A stretch of 34,099 bases of DNA. It comes from Deltaproteobacteria bacterium TL4. Its GTDB lineage: Bacteria; SAR324; NAC60-12. The stretch is from assembly GCA_051382335.1 (NCBI GenBank), contig JBBCAX010000154.1, positions 1 to 34,099 of the forward strand, given 5' to 3'. This document shows positions 16,931-26,496 of the stretch, piece by piece. Each line of letters starts with the position of its first letter. The stretch's first letter is position 1. A model generated the notes under the pieces. That model ran no database searches. It saw only the letters and a list, made by a program, of their open reading frames with translations, and had not been told where the DNA came from. The position numbers were made by a program, and so were the translations under genes.

Positions 16931-19159
16931 ATGACATCCATGCCTGAATTCCGCAACTTTTCCCTGTTTGTTACCACTCCCAAAGGCCTCGAAGCGATCC
17001 TCCAGGAAGAATTAAAATTGCTGGGGATCACCCGCTCTCGAAGACTGACAGCGGGCGTTCAGTTTAAAGGAACGCTGGAAGACGCCTACAAGGTTTGTTT
17101 ATGGTCTCGTACCGCCAACCGGGTTCTGCTCAATATCGCCTCCTTTCAAGCGCCCACCCCCGAAACGCTTTACGAAGGAATTATGGCAGTGAACTGGAGT
17201 GAACATCTGGCACCAGACGGTTCTCTTGCGGTCAGTGTGAATACTCTCGATTCCGCCGTCAAACACACTCAGTATGCGGCTCAAAAGGTCAAGGATGCTA
17301 TTGTCGATCAATTTCGACAGAAATTGGGGCAACGTCCCAATGTGGATCTGGAGCATCCGCATCTCCGTGTTAATGTTTATCTGTTGCATGACCGGGCCCA
17401 GGTCAGTCTGGATTTGTCTGGGGAAAGCTTACATCGAAGGCATTATCGTGTGGAAGAGGTGGCCGCACCCCTCAAGGAAAATCTGGCGGCCGCGCTTTTG
17501 ATTGAATCCGGTTGGCTCCAAAAGTGCCAGGCCGGAATCGGCTTAATGGATCCCATGTGTGGTTCCGGAACTTTTTTGATTGAAGCCGCTCACATGGCAG
17601 GAGATCGGGCGCCAGGGTTGGGACGTCCGTATTTCGCTTTTCTACACTGGCAACAACATGATGCCGCGCTCTGGGGCCGATTGGTTCAGGAAGCTCAAGA
17701 ACGTGCTGAAGCGGGGAAGCGGCAAATGCCTCCCATCGTTGGTTATGACGCTGACACTCATGCCATTCGTGCTTGCTGGGCGAATCTGGAACGTGCCCAG
17801 CTCCACAAAATCATTCATGTGGAAAAAAAGGCTATTTCTGAGATCACCACCCATCCCGCTTTTAAACAGCAGCCAGGTCTGCTCATCGTAAATCCTCCTT
17901 ATGGCGAACGATTGGGAGAGATCCGTCAACTGGAAAAACTGTATGCTCAACTGGGAAAGAGTCTATCCAACCAGTTTCCTCAATGGACAGCCGCAATCTT
18001 GAGTGGAAATCCCAGACTGTTGTCCAAAGTGGGCTTGCGTTATGATTTCAAAACCGATTTTTTCAACGGTGCCCTGCCCTGTGAATTAAGAGTATATGAG
18101 GTTCCCGCATTAAAAGCGGTACTTCCCGCAACGCAAACAGACGCCCCTGATCCGGAAGTTGAGGAACGTCCTCTTTCCCATTTTTCAGCATCTGTCCCAA
18201 CTTCTGGAACGATACAGGAACAGGAGTTTGACAAAGCTGAAATGTTTGGCAATCGTCTGCAAAAAAATCTGAAAAAAGTCCGAAAATGGGCAAAGCGAGA
18301 AGGAATTCAGTGCTATCGTGTGTATGATTCGGATTTGCCTGAATATGCGGTGGCGATTGATCTTTATGGAGACTGGGCCCATGTTCAGGAATATGCGCCC
18401 CCAGTCACCATTGATCAGGAAAAAGCCGTTGCTCGTTTGAAGGCGATCATGCACACTCTGCCTGCAATCCTCCAATTGCCCCAAAAACATATCGTTCTCA
18501 AACAGCGCCAACGACAAAAAGGAAATGCGCAATACGAGAAACGGCAGGATTCTGGGCAGTTTCTGGAAATCCAGGAAAACGGACTTAATTTTCTGGTGAA
18601 TCTCCAGGATTATCTGGATACAGGCCTTTTTCTGGACCACCGCATCACCCGCAAAATGCTGAAAGACGAAGCCAAAGACAAGCGCTTCCTGAATCTTTTT
18701 GGCTATACCGGCACTGCGACTGTTTACGCGGCAAAAGGTGGCGCATACTCCACAACAACCGTAGATCTGTCTAACACTTATTTGGATTGGGCACAAAAAA
18801 ACATGAAACTGAACTACCTGACAGGCAAACAACATCGGTTTATTCAGGCGGATTGTTTGAAATGGATTAAGGCAGAAAAAGAAAAATATGACCTGATTTT
18901 TCTGGATCCTCCCACGTTTTCCAATTCAGCCAAAATGCAGGATATTCTGGATATTCAACGCGATCATGTGGTGTTGATTCACGATACGCTTCAACTCCTG
19001 GACCCCGGAGGCATCCTGGTATTTTCAACCAATCGGCATCATTTCCATTTGCAGCAGGAATCCTTTCAACAATGGAATGTGGAAAATATTACGTCTCAAA
19101 CCGTTTCCTTTGATTTTGAACGAACCCCCCGGATTCATCACTGCTGGAAATTTCAATGA
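16931..19159 (+). CDS. rlmKL: Bifunctional 23S rRNA m2G2445/m7G2069 methyltransferase RlmKL
   Basis: THUMP region, APLKENLAAA, DPMCGSGT, NPPYGERL; second MTase YRVYDSDLPEY, DYLDTGLFLDHR, DPPTFSNS. Start at ATG 16931 or 16940. Confidence 0.95.
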   Translation: MTSMPEFRNFSLFVTTPKGLEAILQEELKLLGITRSRRLTAGVQFKGTLEDAYKVCLWSRTANRVLLNIASFQAPTPETLYEGIMAVNWSEHLAPDGSLAVSVNTLDSAVKHTQYAAQKVKDAIVDQFRQKLGQRPNVDLEHPHLRVNVYLLHDRAQVSLDLSGESLHRRHYRVEEVAAPLKENLAAALLIESGWLQKCQAGIGLMDPMCGSGTFLIEAAHMAGDRAPGLGRPYFAFLHWQQHDAALWGRLVQEAQERAEAGKRQMPPIVGYDADTHAIRACWANLERAQLHKIIHVEKKAISEITTHPAFKQQPGLLIVNPPYGERLGEIRQLEKLYAQLGKSLSNQFPQWTAAILSGNPRLLSKVGLRYDFKTDFFNGALPCELRVYEVPALKAVLPATQTDAPDPEVEERPLSHFSASVPTSGTIQEQEFDKAEMFGNRLQKNLKKVRKWAKREGIQCYRVYDSDLPEYAVAIDLYGDWAHVQEYAPPVTIDQEKAVARLKAIMHTLPAILQLPQKHIVLKQRQRQKGNAQYEKRQDSGQFLEIQENGLNFLVNLQDYLDTGLFLDHRITRKMLKDEAKDKRFLNLFGYTGTATVYAAKGGAYSTTTVDLSNTYLDWAQKNMKLNYLTGKQHRFIQADCLKWIKAEKEKYDLIFLDPPTFSNSAKMQDILDIQRDHVVLIHDTLQLLDPGGILVFSTNRHHFHLQQESFQQWNVENITSQTVSFDFERTPRIHHCWKFQ

Positions 19160-19226
19160 GGGCACTCCCGTCTTTTCTCATTTTAAAAAACTTTTCTGGA
19201 CATCTATACGTTAACCAAATCAGAAA

Positions 19227-20837
19227 TCAGGCTTGTATCGTATTGAGCAGCCAAACCAGAAAACGTGTGCAGACAATCATGCCAATCAGAGCCACGGGAT
19301 AAACCGTAGCGTAGGCAGACGCGGCATAGGCGGTATCGGACAATGAGGTGGTTGAGGCCAAGCCCGGGGTACTGGTCATCCCGCCAGTCAAGACTCCCAA
19401 GGATCTTAAAAACCTGATTTTCAAAAAATAAAAACAAAATGGAAAACCAAAACACATCGGGAGCAGGGTCACCATAATACCAGAAACGAACAACCCGATC
19501 CCCTGTTCCTGAATCGTTTGGATGATTGAAGAACCCGCGTTCGTTCCAACGGAAGCTAAAAACAAGACCAATCCTAGTTCCCGAATAAAATTGTTGCCTG
19601 TGACTGGCATTTCCCAAACCAAGGGACCTGTGCTGTATAAATAGCCAAGAATGAGTCCCGCAAAGAGAACACCGCCGGTGATTCCGAGCGTAATGTCACC
19701 CACACCCGGAAAATAGACGGGAACAATACTGACCACAAACCCGATCATCATTCCCAAAAGAACCGTAAATACATCAATCCCGTAAACCGCTTTAACGTCA
19801 TTTCCCAGCAGTCTGGCGATATTATCAATCGATTGGGAGTTGCCCACCAGATGCAAAATATCTCCTATTCTCAACCGCATATTGCCGCTGGCAGGAAGGT
19901 CAAAGCCGCTGCGTGTCAGTCGGGATACCCTCACATTGAAGGTGTTGCCAAAATTCAGCGCGCTGATCGTGTCGCCCACCACTCTTCGTTTGGAAACCAG
20001 AATTTGCCGGACCACCATATCTCCCTCAAAACGTATATCTTCGTCGGTTGGTCGCCCGATCATCATTTCAACCTTCTGGAGATCCTCTTCCGTACCCACA
20101 ATTCGCAAACGGTCGCCTTCATACAAGAGGGTATCTCCAGATACCAGTTGGGCGACATTTTCTTCCCGCCTCTGTAACCGGGTAATGGACACAGGCGCAA
20201 TATTGTCCAGCTTGATCTCTTTGACCTTCTTATCAAAAATATTAGGGTTATTCACAATCACATGGTGATAGACGACCGGCGGATACTGATTGGACATTTC
20301 TTCCTGAATTTGTCTTTCTTCGAGGGGAATATCAATACGCAAAATCTGAGGCAATAATTTGACAAACAGGATCACACCAATCACACCAAAACTGTACGTT
20401 ACGCCATAGGCCGCCGCTGCGTTTTTTCCAGTTGTCAGATCTACAGCGACTGCCAAACCGGGGGTACTGGTCATGGCACCAGCAAAGATTCCCGCGCCAA
20501 TCCCACTATTATATCCAAATACCAGACAGAGCGCAATCGTGGTAAACATTCCAATCACCACCAGAAAGATGGCACCCAAGGTCAGACGCAGGCCCTCGCT
20601 CCGAAACGAACTGATGAATCCGGGACCGGCCTGGATCCCGATGGAATAGATGAAAAAAACAAGCCCCAACGTCTGAAAAACTTTAGGAATGGTGTAGCCA
20701 AAATATCCAAACAACAACGCTACAAAGATTACCGCTGATGAACCGAGTTCAAAACTTTTGTACTTCAACTTTCCAAGTGCCAAACCCAATACCACAATAA
20801 TCAGCAAGACAAAGACAGGTTCTTTCAGTAAAATCAT
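19227..20837 (-). CDS. Aspartate:alanine exchanger (YidE/YbjL) family transporter with two TrkA-C domains
   Basis: FIYSIGIQAGPGF, duplicated GAMTSTPGL/GGMTSTPGL, YATVYP and central soluble RCK-C domains. Confidence 0.9.
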   Translation of the reverse strand: MILLKEPVFVLLIIVVLGLALGKLKYKSFELGSSAVIFVALLFGYFGYTIPKVFQTLGLVFFIYSIGIQAGPGFISSFRSEGLRLTLGAIFLVVIGMFTTIALCLVFGYNSGIGAGIFAGAMTSTPGLAVAVDLTTGKNAAAAYGVTYSFGVIGVILFVKLLPQILRIDIPLEERQIQEEMSNQYPPVVYHHVIVNNPNIFDKKVKEIKLDNIAPVSITRLQRREENVAQLVSGDTLLYEGDRLRIVGTEEDLQKVEMMIGRPTDEDIRFEGDMVVRQILVSKRRVVGDTISALNFGNTFNVRVSRLTRSGFDLPASGNMRLRIGDILHLVGNSQSIDNIARLLGNDVKAVYGIDVFTVLLGMMIGFVVSIVPVYFPGVGDITLGITGGVLFAGLILGYLYSTGPLVWEMPVTGNNFIRELGLVLFLASVGTNAGSSIIQTIQEQGIGLFVSGIMVTLLPMCFGFPFCFYFLKIRFLRSLGVLTGGMTSTPGLASTTSLSDTAYAASAYATVYPVALIGMIVCTRFLVWLLNTIQA

Positions 20838-21099
20838 ATAAATCCATAAGAAAAAACGTTACCCGAAAGCTTCGATCATCGAAAGCCTTGCGGTCTTGAT
20901 TACAATAAATGACCAACACGGATCCCTACCGAAGGGACGCCTTAAAGAATTCCAGGAATATACTGCACAATAGGTTGAGACACCCCAGATCCGCGTACCA
21001 CATCGCCATCAAAGATGCTAGAGCAGAAATTAAAGAATTTTTATTCAGGTAGCTACTTTGAGGCAATATCAAGGTGTGACCGGTTTCCGTTTGGAAAAA

Positions 21100-22260
21100 C
21101 TAATTGGCGATAGTGACTGGCGCGTTTACGATTGGAATTTCAACGATAAAAGTCGCCCCCTTTCCTTCCTCACTACGGACATTAATTTGCCCTCCTATGT
21201 TGCGGATGAGTCCATGACAAACAGAAAGCCCTGTTCCTGTACCCGTCCCCACTTCTTTGGTGGTAAAAAACGGGTCAAACAGTCTTTCCATAAAAGCCTC
21301 GGGAATTCCGGAACCTGAGTCTTCGACTTCGATAAAAACGCGGTCTTCCTTTGAGTAAGTCCGAATGCAAATTTTTTTGACAGCTCGATTTTTCAGCGCG
21401 TCTTTGGAGTTATTTAATAATTGAATCAAGGTATGTTCAATACTGATGGGAATCGTGGTGAGTAGCGGGAGCGAATCCATCAAATCCAATTCTAATTCAA
21501 TGTCTTCCGTTTGTAATTGATTATGAAGCAGTAACATCGTCTTTTGAACAAGTTCATTGACATCCAGATCTTTTACCAAGGCCTCTCTTTTTCCTCTTCC
21601 AAACTCTAATAAGTGACGAGTGACAACACCGCACCGTTTTGACATGGAAATGATCCTGTCCAAATAAGAAACGTCCACTTCCTCCCGTCCTAAAATTTGT
21701 TCTTTTAAAAGAGCTGCCGCCAATTCGATGACTTGAATGGGATTGTTGATCTCATGCGCAACCCCTGCCGCCAGTTGCCCTAACGAAGCCAGTTTCGCAG
21801 AATGGATCATTTGTGCTTGTGTTGTTTGAAGTTCCTGATTGAGCTGTTTTAATTGCATTCGACTGGAATAAAGCTCAAGGTGGGTTTTCACTCTGGCGAG
21901 TAACTCCGTATGGTTAAAAGGCTTGGAGACATAATCAACAGCACCCAGTTCAAAACCTTTGACGAGATCCCCAGTTTCCGTTTTTGCGGTCAGGAAAATG
22001 ATGGGGATGTCCTTGTTCTTAGTGGATTCTTTAAGCCGTCTGCACGCCTCGTAACCATCCATCTCAGGCATCATGACATCCATCAAAATCAGGTCAGGGG
22101 CAATGGTTTGAACAAACCTCAGTGCTTGTTCTCCATTGGCAGCGATACCAAGTTCATAGCCCTCTCTAGAAAGAATTTCACCCAAAACCTTGATGTTTTT
22201 TGAGTTGTCATCCACAATCAAAATACGAGCAACCTTCACTGTATTCACTGTACCTTGCAT
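21100..22260 (-). CDS. Cytoplasmic hybrid response regulator/histidine kinase (REC-HisKA-HATPase)
   Basis: ILIVDD, DLILMDVMMP, H-box AHEINNP, EDSGSG, FDPFFTTK; no TM or sensor domain. Confidence 0.92.
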   Translation of the reverse strand: MQGTVNTVKVARILIVDDNSKNIKVLGEILSREGYELGIAANGEQALRFVQTIAPDLILMDVMMPEMDGYEACRRLKESTKNKDIPIIFLTAKTETGDLVKGFELGAVDYVSKPFNHTELLARVKTHLELYSSRMQLKQLNQELQTTQAQMIHSAKLASLGQLAAGVAHEINNPIQVIELAAALLKEQILGREEVDVSYLDRIISMSKRCGVVTRHLLEFGRGKREALVKDLDVNELVQKTMLLLHNQLQTEDIELELDLMDSLPLLTTIPISIEHTLIQLLNNSKDALKNRAVKKICIRTYSKEDRVFIEVEDSGSGIPEAFMERLFDPFFTTKEVGTGTGTGLSVCHGLIRNIGGQINVRSEEGKGATFIVEIPIVNAPVTIAN

Positions 22261-22578
22261 AGGGCACTCCCTCCAAAATCACGTTTTAAATTAAAAAATC
22301 TTATCCCAAACTCATATCACCCTATATACTACAGAAGTAAACTTTAAGTCAAATTTTCTATATTTTAAAAATATCCTGCCCAAAAATCAGGGATAGACCC
22401 ATCACCCTGAATGAAATTAGGACGTTAGCCCGTTTAATGCTCTGAAAGGGCGACGTAAAGACGCTGCACACCCTGTTTTAGTGCGCACTTTCCAATGAGT
22501 CTCAGGACAGCCCATGAATTATCTTGCAAAAGAGTTTACGATTTCTTACGTTGTGCGAGAAATAAAATTAGAAATTTT

Positions 22579-22687
22579 GGCATGGTTCAAAAATGTCCAT
22601 TCTCAAGTAACAGAACGGATTGTCCTCGTTTCCCTGCTTTGAAGGGGAACGAAGTAGAAAAGATGTCATCCTGATTTGAACCATGCC
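22579..22687. mobile_element. 109-bp MITE-like element with perfect 13-bp terminal inverted repeats
   Basis: GGCATGGTTCAAA (22579-22591) and TTTGAACCATGCC (22675-22687); internal hairpin TCGTTTCCCT/AGGGGAACGA; no clear target duplication. Confidence 0.6.
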
Positions 22688-22822
22688 GCAAAAACATAAT
22701 ATCCAGGCCTTTCGGTTTGCCAGGGTGGAACCCTGCGCTACTTTTTCTTATGTCAAATCATCGTGATAGACAAATAAGGTAGGTGTAAGGGCTAAGACCT
22801 CCCATTTTGATTCTTCTGAAAT

Positions 22823-24583
22823 ATGTCCCCATTTAAAGTACCCTTAGCTTATCAGCGTCGTCTCTCCCGTGTGGTCTCTGTGGGAAATGTCAAAATTGGT
22901 GGAACGGAACCGATATGTGTTCAATCCATGTTGACGTCAGATACCTCCGATGCGCCAGCCTGCCTTAAAGAAATTGAAACGTTGGCAGCGGCTCAATGTG
23001 GATTGATTCGGTTGACGGTTCCCAATCAAAAATCGTTAGAAGCCATTCCGGTTATCAGGAAAGGCATGCAAGACCTTGGGATTGAGATCCCTTTAGTTGC
23101 AGATATCCATTTCAGTCCACAATTGGCTCTCGATTCCTGTGAGTTCTTTGAAAAAATCCGCATCAATCCTGGAAATTACGTGGATAGAAAGCGTTTTGAA
23201 ATTCGGGAATATTCCGATCAGCAATATCAAGAAGAGCTCAACCGTTTGAAAGAGGCTCTGGCGCCTCTCATAAAGCGGTTAGTCCAATATAAACGAGCAA
23301 TCCGTATCGGTACCAATCATGGCTCACTGGCGGACCGGATCATTAATCGTTATGGAGATACGCCTGAAGGAATGGTTGAATCCGCACTCGAATTTCTTCG
23401 TATATTTAAAATAAATCAGTTCCATGACCTCATCATTTCGATGAAAGCCTCCAATCCTTTAGTGATGAGGCAAGCTTATCATTTATTAGTCCAACGAATG
23501 GATGAAGAAGCGATGGATTATCCTCTGCATTTGGGGGTTACCGAAGCCGGGGATGAATTGGAAGGCAGAACCAAAAGTGCCATCGGAATTGGCGGACTTT
23601 TATGTGACGGCATCGGTGATACCCTACGCGTCTCATTAACAGAGCCTGCGGAAAATGAAATTCCTGAAGGGCAAAAACTAATCCAGGGGATTGAAGCCTT
23701 AATCAGCCATAGTTTTCAATATCCCCATGAGTCCCTTGATATTGCCCCGCGTACAGCCAACTATCCTGCCAGTCCTGTCTCTGTGGGACAAATAATGGTT
23801 GGAGGTGACGCCACCTTTAAGTTTTTTGAAACAGGAAATTCTGGAACAGCGTCGAACATACCGAATTCAGATGCTGTTATTTCAACGGCTCAACTATCCT
23901 CCCTGACCGATTTTTCTGTTCACAATACCGACTCTGCTTTCATTGTTATTAACGATGAGATTTTTCAAAAGCAAAATTTTAACCAGGAACTTCAACGACT
24001 CCATAACCTGAGTTCGGCCTGTATTCTTTTAGTTGAAAGCGAACACCCTCTTTTTGTTGTACGAAACCTCGTCAAACTCCTCAAAAATCAGGGAACTCCT
24101 TGGCCTCTAGGAATCCAGTTTCCAGCTTCGTTTAATGCGGTAAACTGGAGATCCTTCGCCATGGAAACAGGCGCTCTGATCGCTGACGGTCTTTTAGCCT
24201 GTGTTGTCGCGCCTGAAAAGGCCCCTGAATTTATTCAGCGGTTTATTCCTGTCTTGCTCCAGGCAACCCGTGTCCGACTTTATAAAGCGGATTTCATTTC
24301 CTGTCCCTCTTGTGGAAGGACCCATTTTGATTTGAAAGCCACAACCCAGCGGATCAAAGAACGTACCCGGCATTTAACCGGAGTGAAAATAGGAATCATG
24401 GGTTGTATTGTCAATGGACCGGGGGAAATGGCGGACGCTGATTTCGGTTATGTCGGTGTGGGAAAAGGCAAGATCAGCCTGTATCATGGTCAAAACTGTG
24501 TCAATCGCGGTATCTCCGCGGAAGAGGCGGTGGACCATTTAATTGCTTTAATCAAAGAAAAAGGACGCTGGCTGGATCCCTGA
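22823..24583 (+). CDS. ispG: (E)-4-hydroxy-3-methylbut-2-enyl-diphosphate synthase, long three-domain form
   Basis: VQSM, PLVADIHF, RINPGN, RIGTNHGSL, HLGVTEAG, GIGDTLRVSL, CPSCGR, MGCIVNGPGE. Confidence 0.96.
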   Translation: MSPFKVPLAYQRRLSRVVSVGNVKIGGTEPICVQSMLTSDTSDAPACLKEIETLAAAQCGLIRLTVPNQKSLEAIPVIRKGMQDLGIEIPLVADIHFSPQLALDSCEFFEKIRINPGNYVDRKRFEIREYSDQQYQEELNRLKEALAPLIKRLVQYKRAIRIGTNHGSLADRIINRYGDTPEGMVESALEFLRIFKINQFHDLIISMKASNPLVMRQAYHLLVQRMDEEAMDYPLHLGVTEAGDELEGRTKSAIGIGGLLCDGIGDTLRVSLTEPAENEIPEGQKLIQGIEALISHSFQYPHESLDIAPRTANYPASPVSVGQIMVGGDATFKFFETGNSGTASNIPNSDAVISTAQLSSLTDFSVHNTDSAFIVINDEIFQKQNFNQELQRLHNLSSACILLVESEHPLFVVRNLVKLLKNQGTPWPLGIQFPASFNAVNWRSFAMETGALIADGLLACVVAPEKAPEFIQRFIPVLLQATRVRLYKADFISCPSCGRTHFDLKATTQRIKERTRHLTGVKIGIMGCIVNGPGEMADADFGYVGVGKGKISLYHGQNCVNRGISAEEAVDHLIALIKEKGRWLDP

Positions 24584-24691
24584 CACGGCCCTTTCAATTC
24601 GTTCCCCAGGTAAACGCTCGAAATGCATCTAGACGTTCATTTAAATAAATTCATCTGAGTCTTAACCTGGGTGGCTGTCCGAGAATGTGAT

Positions 24692-24722
24692 GTAGGGTGT
24701 GCTTTAGCGAAGCGAGCGCACC
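24692..24722 (+). repeat. GTAG-type REP element
   Basis: GTAG followed by the stem GGTGTGCT/AGCGCACC around TTAGCGAAGCG. Confidence 0.6.
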
Positions 24723-24843
24723 AGAAAGCTTGCTGTCTTTTGAAGCAAAAACTAAAATATAAATTGAAATTTGTCATTAATATGCTTAAACCACATTCCT
24801 TGTGGTGATAGTCATTTTTAAAATCTTCTTTCAAGGAACAACT

Positions 24844-25944
24844 ATGGATCGCAGAAGTTTTATTAAAAAGGCGGGTGCGAGTGCATTGGCCGCAGGAACA
24901 TTGATTTCTCAGACTCCCGCGGTGTTGGGACAACAGCAATACAAATGGAGCATGGTTACGGCGTGGCCCAAAAATTTCCCAGGTTTGGGAACCGGTGCCA
25001 GCAGGCTGGCAAAAGCGATTGAAACACTTTCTGGCGGACGAATTTCCATAAAAGTTTACGGAGCCGGAGAACTCGTTCCTCCCTTTGAAGTATTTGATGC
25101 GGTATCCAAAGGAACGGCCCAGATGGGACATTCGGCATCTTACTACTGGCGTGGAAAAATTGCGGCGGCCCAGTTCTTCACTACCGTCCCGTTCGGGTTG
25201 ACCACGACCGAAAGCGCAGCCTGGCTTAATTATGGCGGAGGCCAGGAATTATGGGATGAAATCTATGCTCCCTTTAATGTGAAACCTTTTCCTGCAGGGA
25301 ATACCGGGACTCAAATGGGTGGCTGGTTCAACAAGGAAATCCATACGATGGAAGACTGGAAAGGACTTAAAATGCGGATGCCTTCTCTGGGAGGAAATGT
25401 TCTGACCAAAGCGGGGGCGACGATCGTCAATGTCCCTGGCGGTGAGATCTTTCAGTCCTTGCAATCCGGAGCAATTGACGCCGCAGAGTGGGTAGGCCCC
25501 TTCAATGATCTGTCTTTTGGACTCTTCAAAGCAGCCAAATTCTATTACTGGCCTGGATGGCATGAGCCCGGTTCTGTTCTCGAGTTACTGGTTAATAAAC
25601 AGGAATTCGAAAAACTGCCCCAAGATTTGCGGGAAGTCATTAGTCAGGCAGCCAAAGCGGCTTACACCGATATGCTTTCCGAATTCACAGCGCAGAACAA
25701 TATGGCGCTTGGAGAGCTGTTACATAAACATAAGATACAGCTTAAACGGTTTCCAGATCCGGTGCTCGAAAAGCTGGCAGAACTCACTCAGCAGGTGATG
25801 GAGGAAACAGCGGCCAAAGATGAGGCCTTCAAGAAAGTTTATGCGTCCTTTAACAGTTTCCGTAACCGTGCCCTGGCATGGAACACCATTGGCGAAGAAA
25901 GCTCCAGCATTGCACGCTCGCTGTTTTACAAAACAGGGCTTTAA
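24844..25944 (+). CDS. dctP: TRAP transporter substrate-binding protein (TakP-like), Tat signal
   Basis: MDRRSFIK twin-arginine signal, WPKNFPG, GNTGTQMGGWF, GLKMR, EWVGP, PGWHEP. Confidence 0.93.
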   Translation: MDRRSFIKKAGASALAAGTLISQTPAVLGQQQYKWSMVTAWPKNFPGLGTGASRLAKAIETLSGGRISIKVYGAGELVPPFEVFDAVSKGTAQMGHSASYYWRGKIAAAQFFTTVPFGLTTTESAAWLNYGGGQELWDEIYAPFNVKPFPAGNTGTQMGGWFNKEIHTMEDWKGLKMRMPSLGGNVLTKAGATIVNVPGGEIFQSLQSGAIDAAEWVGPFNDLSFGLFKAAKFYYWPGWHEPGSVLELLVNKQEFEKLPQDLREVISQAAKAAYTDMLSEFTAQNNMALGELLHKHKIQLKRFPDPVLEKLAELTQQVMEETAAKDEAFKKVYASFNSFRNRALAWNTIGEESSSIARSLFYKTGL

Positions 25945-26496
25945 ATGGTGAAACCGTTTCTCCTCTGGATGACGAGTTCCCTTGATCAGTTCAATGATTG
26001 GGTCGGACGCACTTGCGCCTGGCTCACCCTGAGCATGGGAATCGTTACATGTGCTACCGCCATTTTAAGGTATGCCTTCAATCTGGGCTGGGTCTGGATG
26101 CAGGAATCCAGCACCTACATGCATGCCGCGCTGTTCATGCTAACCGGAGGCTATGCACTGCTTCATGGATCGCACGTGCGGATTGATATCTGGTATACTA
26201 ACCGCTCACTCAAAACTAAAGCCGTGGTTGATCTGCTGGGTGCCCTGTTTTTTCTGCTGCCCATGTGTTGTGTCATTTTTTATTACAGTCTGCCTTATGT
26301 CCTCTCATCCTGGAGCGTCCTTGAAAAATCACCCTCCGATGGTCTGCCCTTTGTGTATTTATTGAAAACGCTCTTACTGATGGCGCCCCTACTTCTTGGG
26401 TTACAGGGCTTATCCGGAATGGGTCGATCCTTGCTGTGGTTACTTGGCCAAGAGGAAGCGCCAGACTTCAAGACTGAGGAAAAATATGCTCTCTGA
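25945..26496 (+). CDS. dctQ: TRAP transporter small permease
   Basis: Four TM segments, RYAF...QE and HVRID motif. Confidence 0.92.
   Translation: MVKPFLLWMTSSLDQFNDWVGRTCAWLTLSMGIVTCATAILRYAFNLGWVWMQESSTYMHAALFMLTGGYALLHGSHVRIDIWYTNRSLKTKAVVDLLGALFFLLPMCCVIFYYSLPYVLSSWSVLEKSPSDGLPFVYLLKTLLLMAPLLLGLQGLSGMGRSLLWLLGQEEAPDFKTEEKYAL

Noticed and set aside
21225..21255. Kinase G2 box GTGTGLS instead of GTGLGLS
   Set aside because: A single substitution with all glycines retained; no evidence of altered function.
22579..22687. SRP or 6S RNA identity for the rod-like element
   Set aside because: No SRP helix-8 motif (CAGG...GNRA...AGCA), and it is much shorter than typical 6S RNA.
22700..22740. 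GGCAAACC-GAAA-GG on the minus strand, resembling a c-di-GMP-I riboswitch
   Set aside because: The stem is too short, and the following GCAAA/second hairpin with tetraloop receptor is missing.
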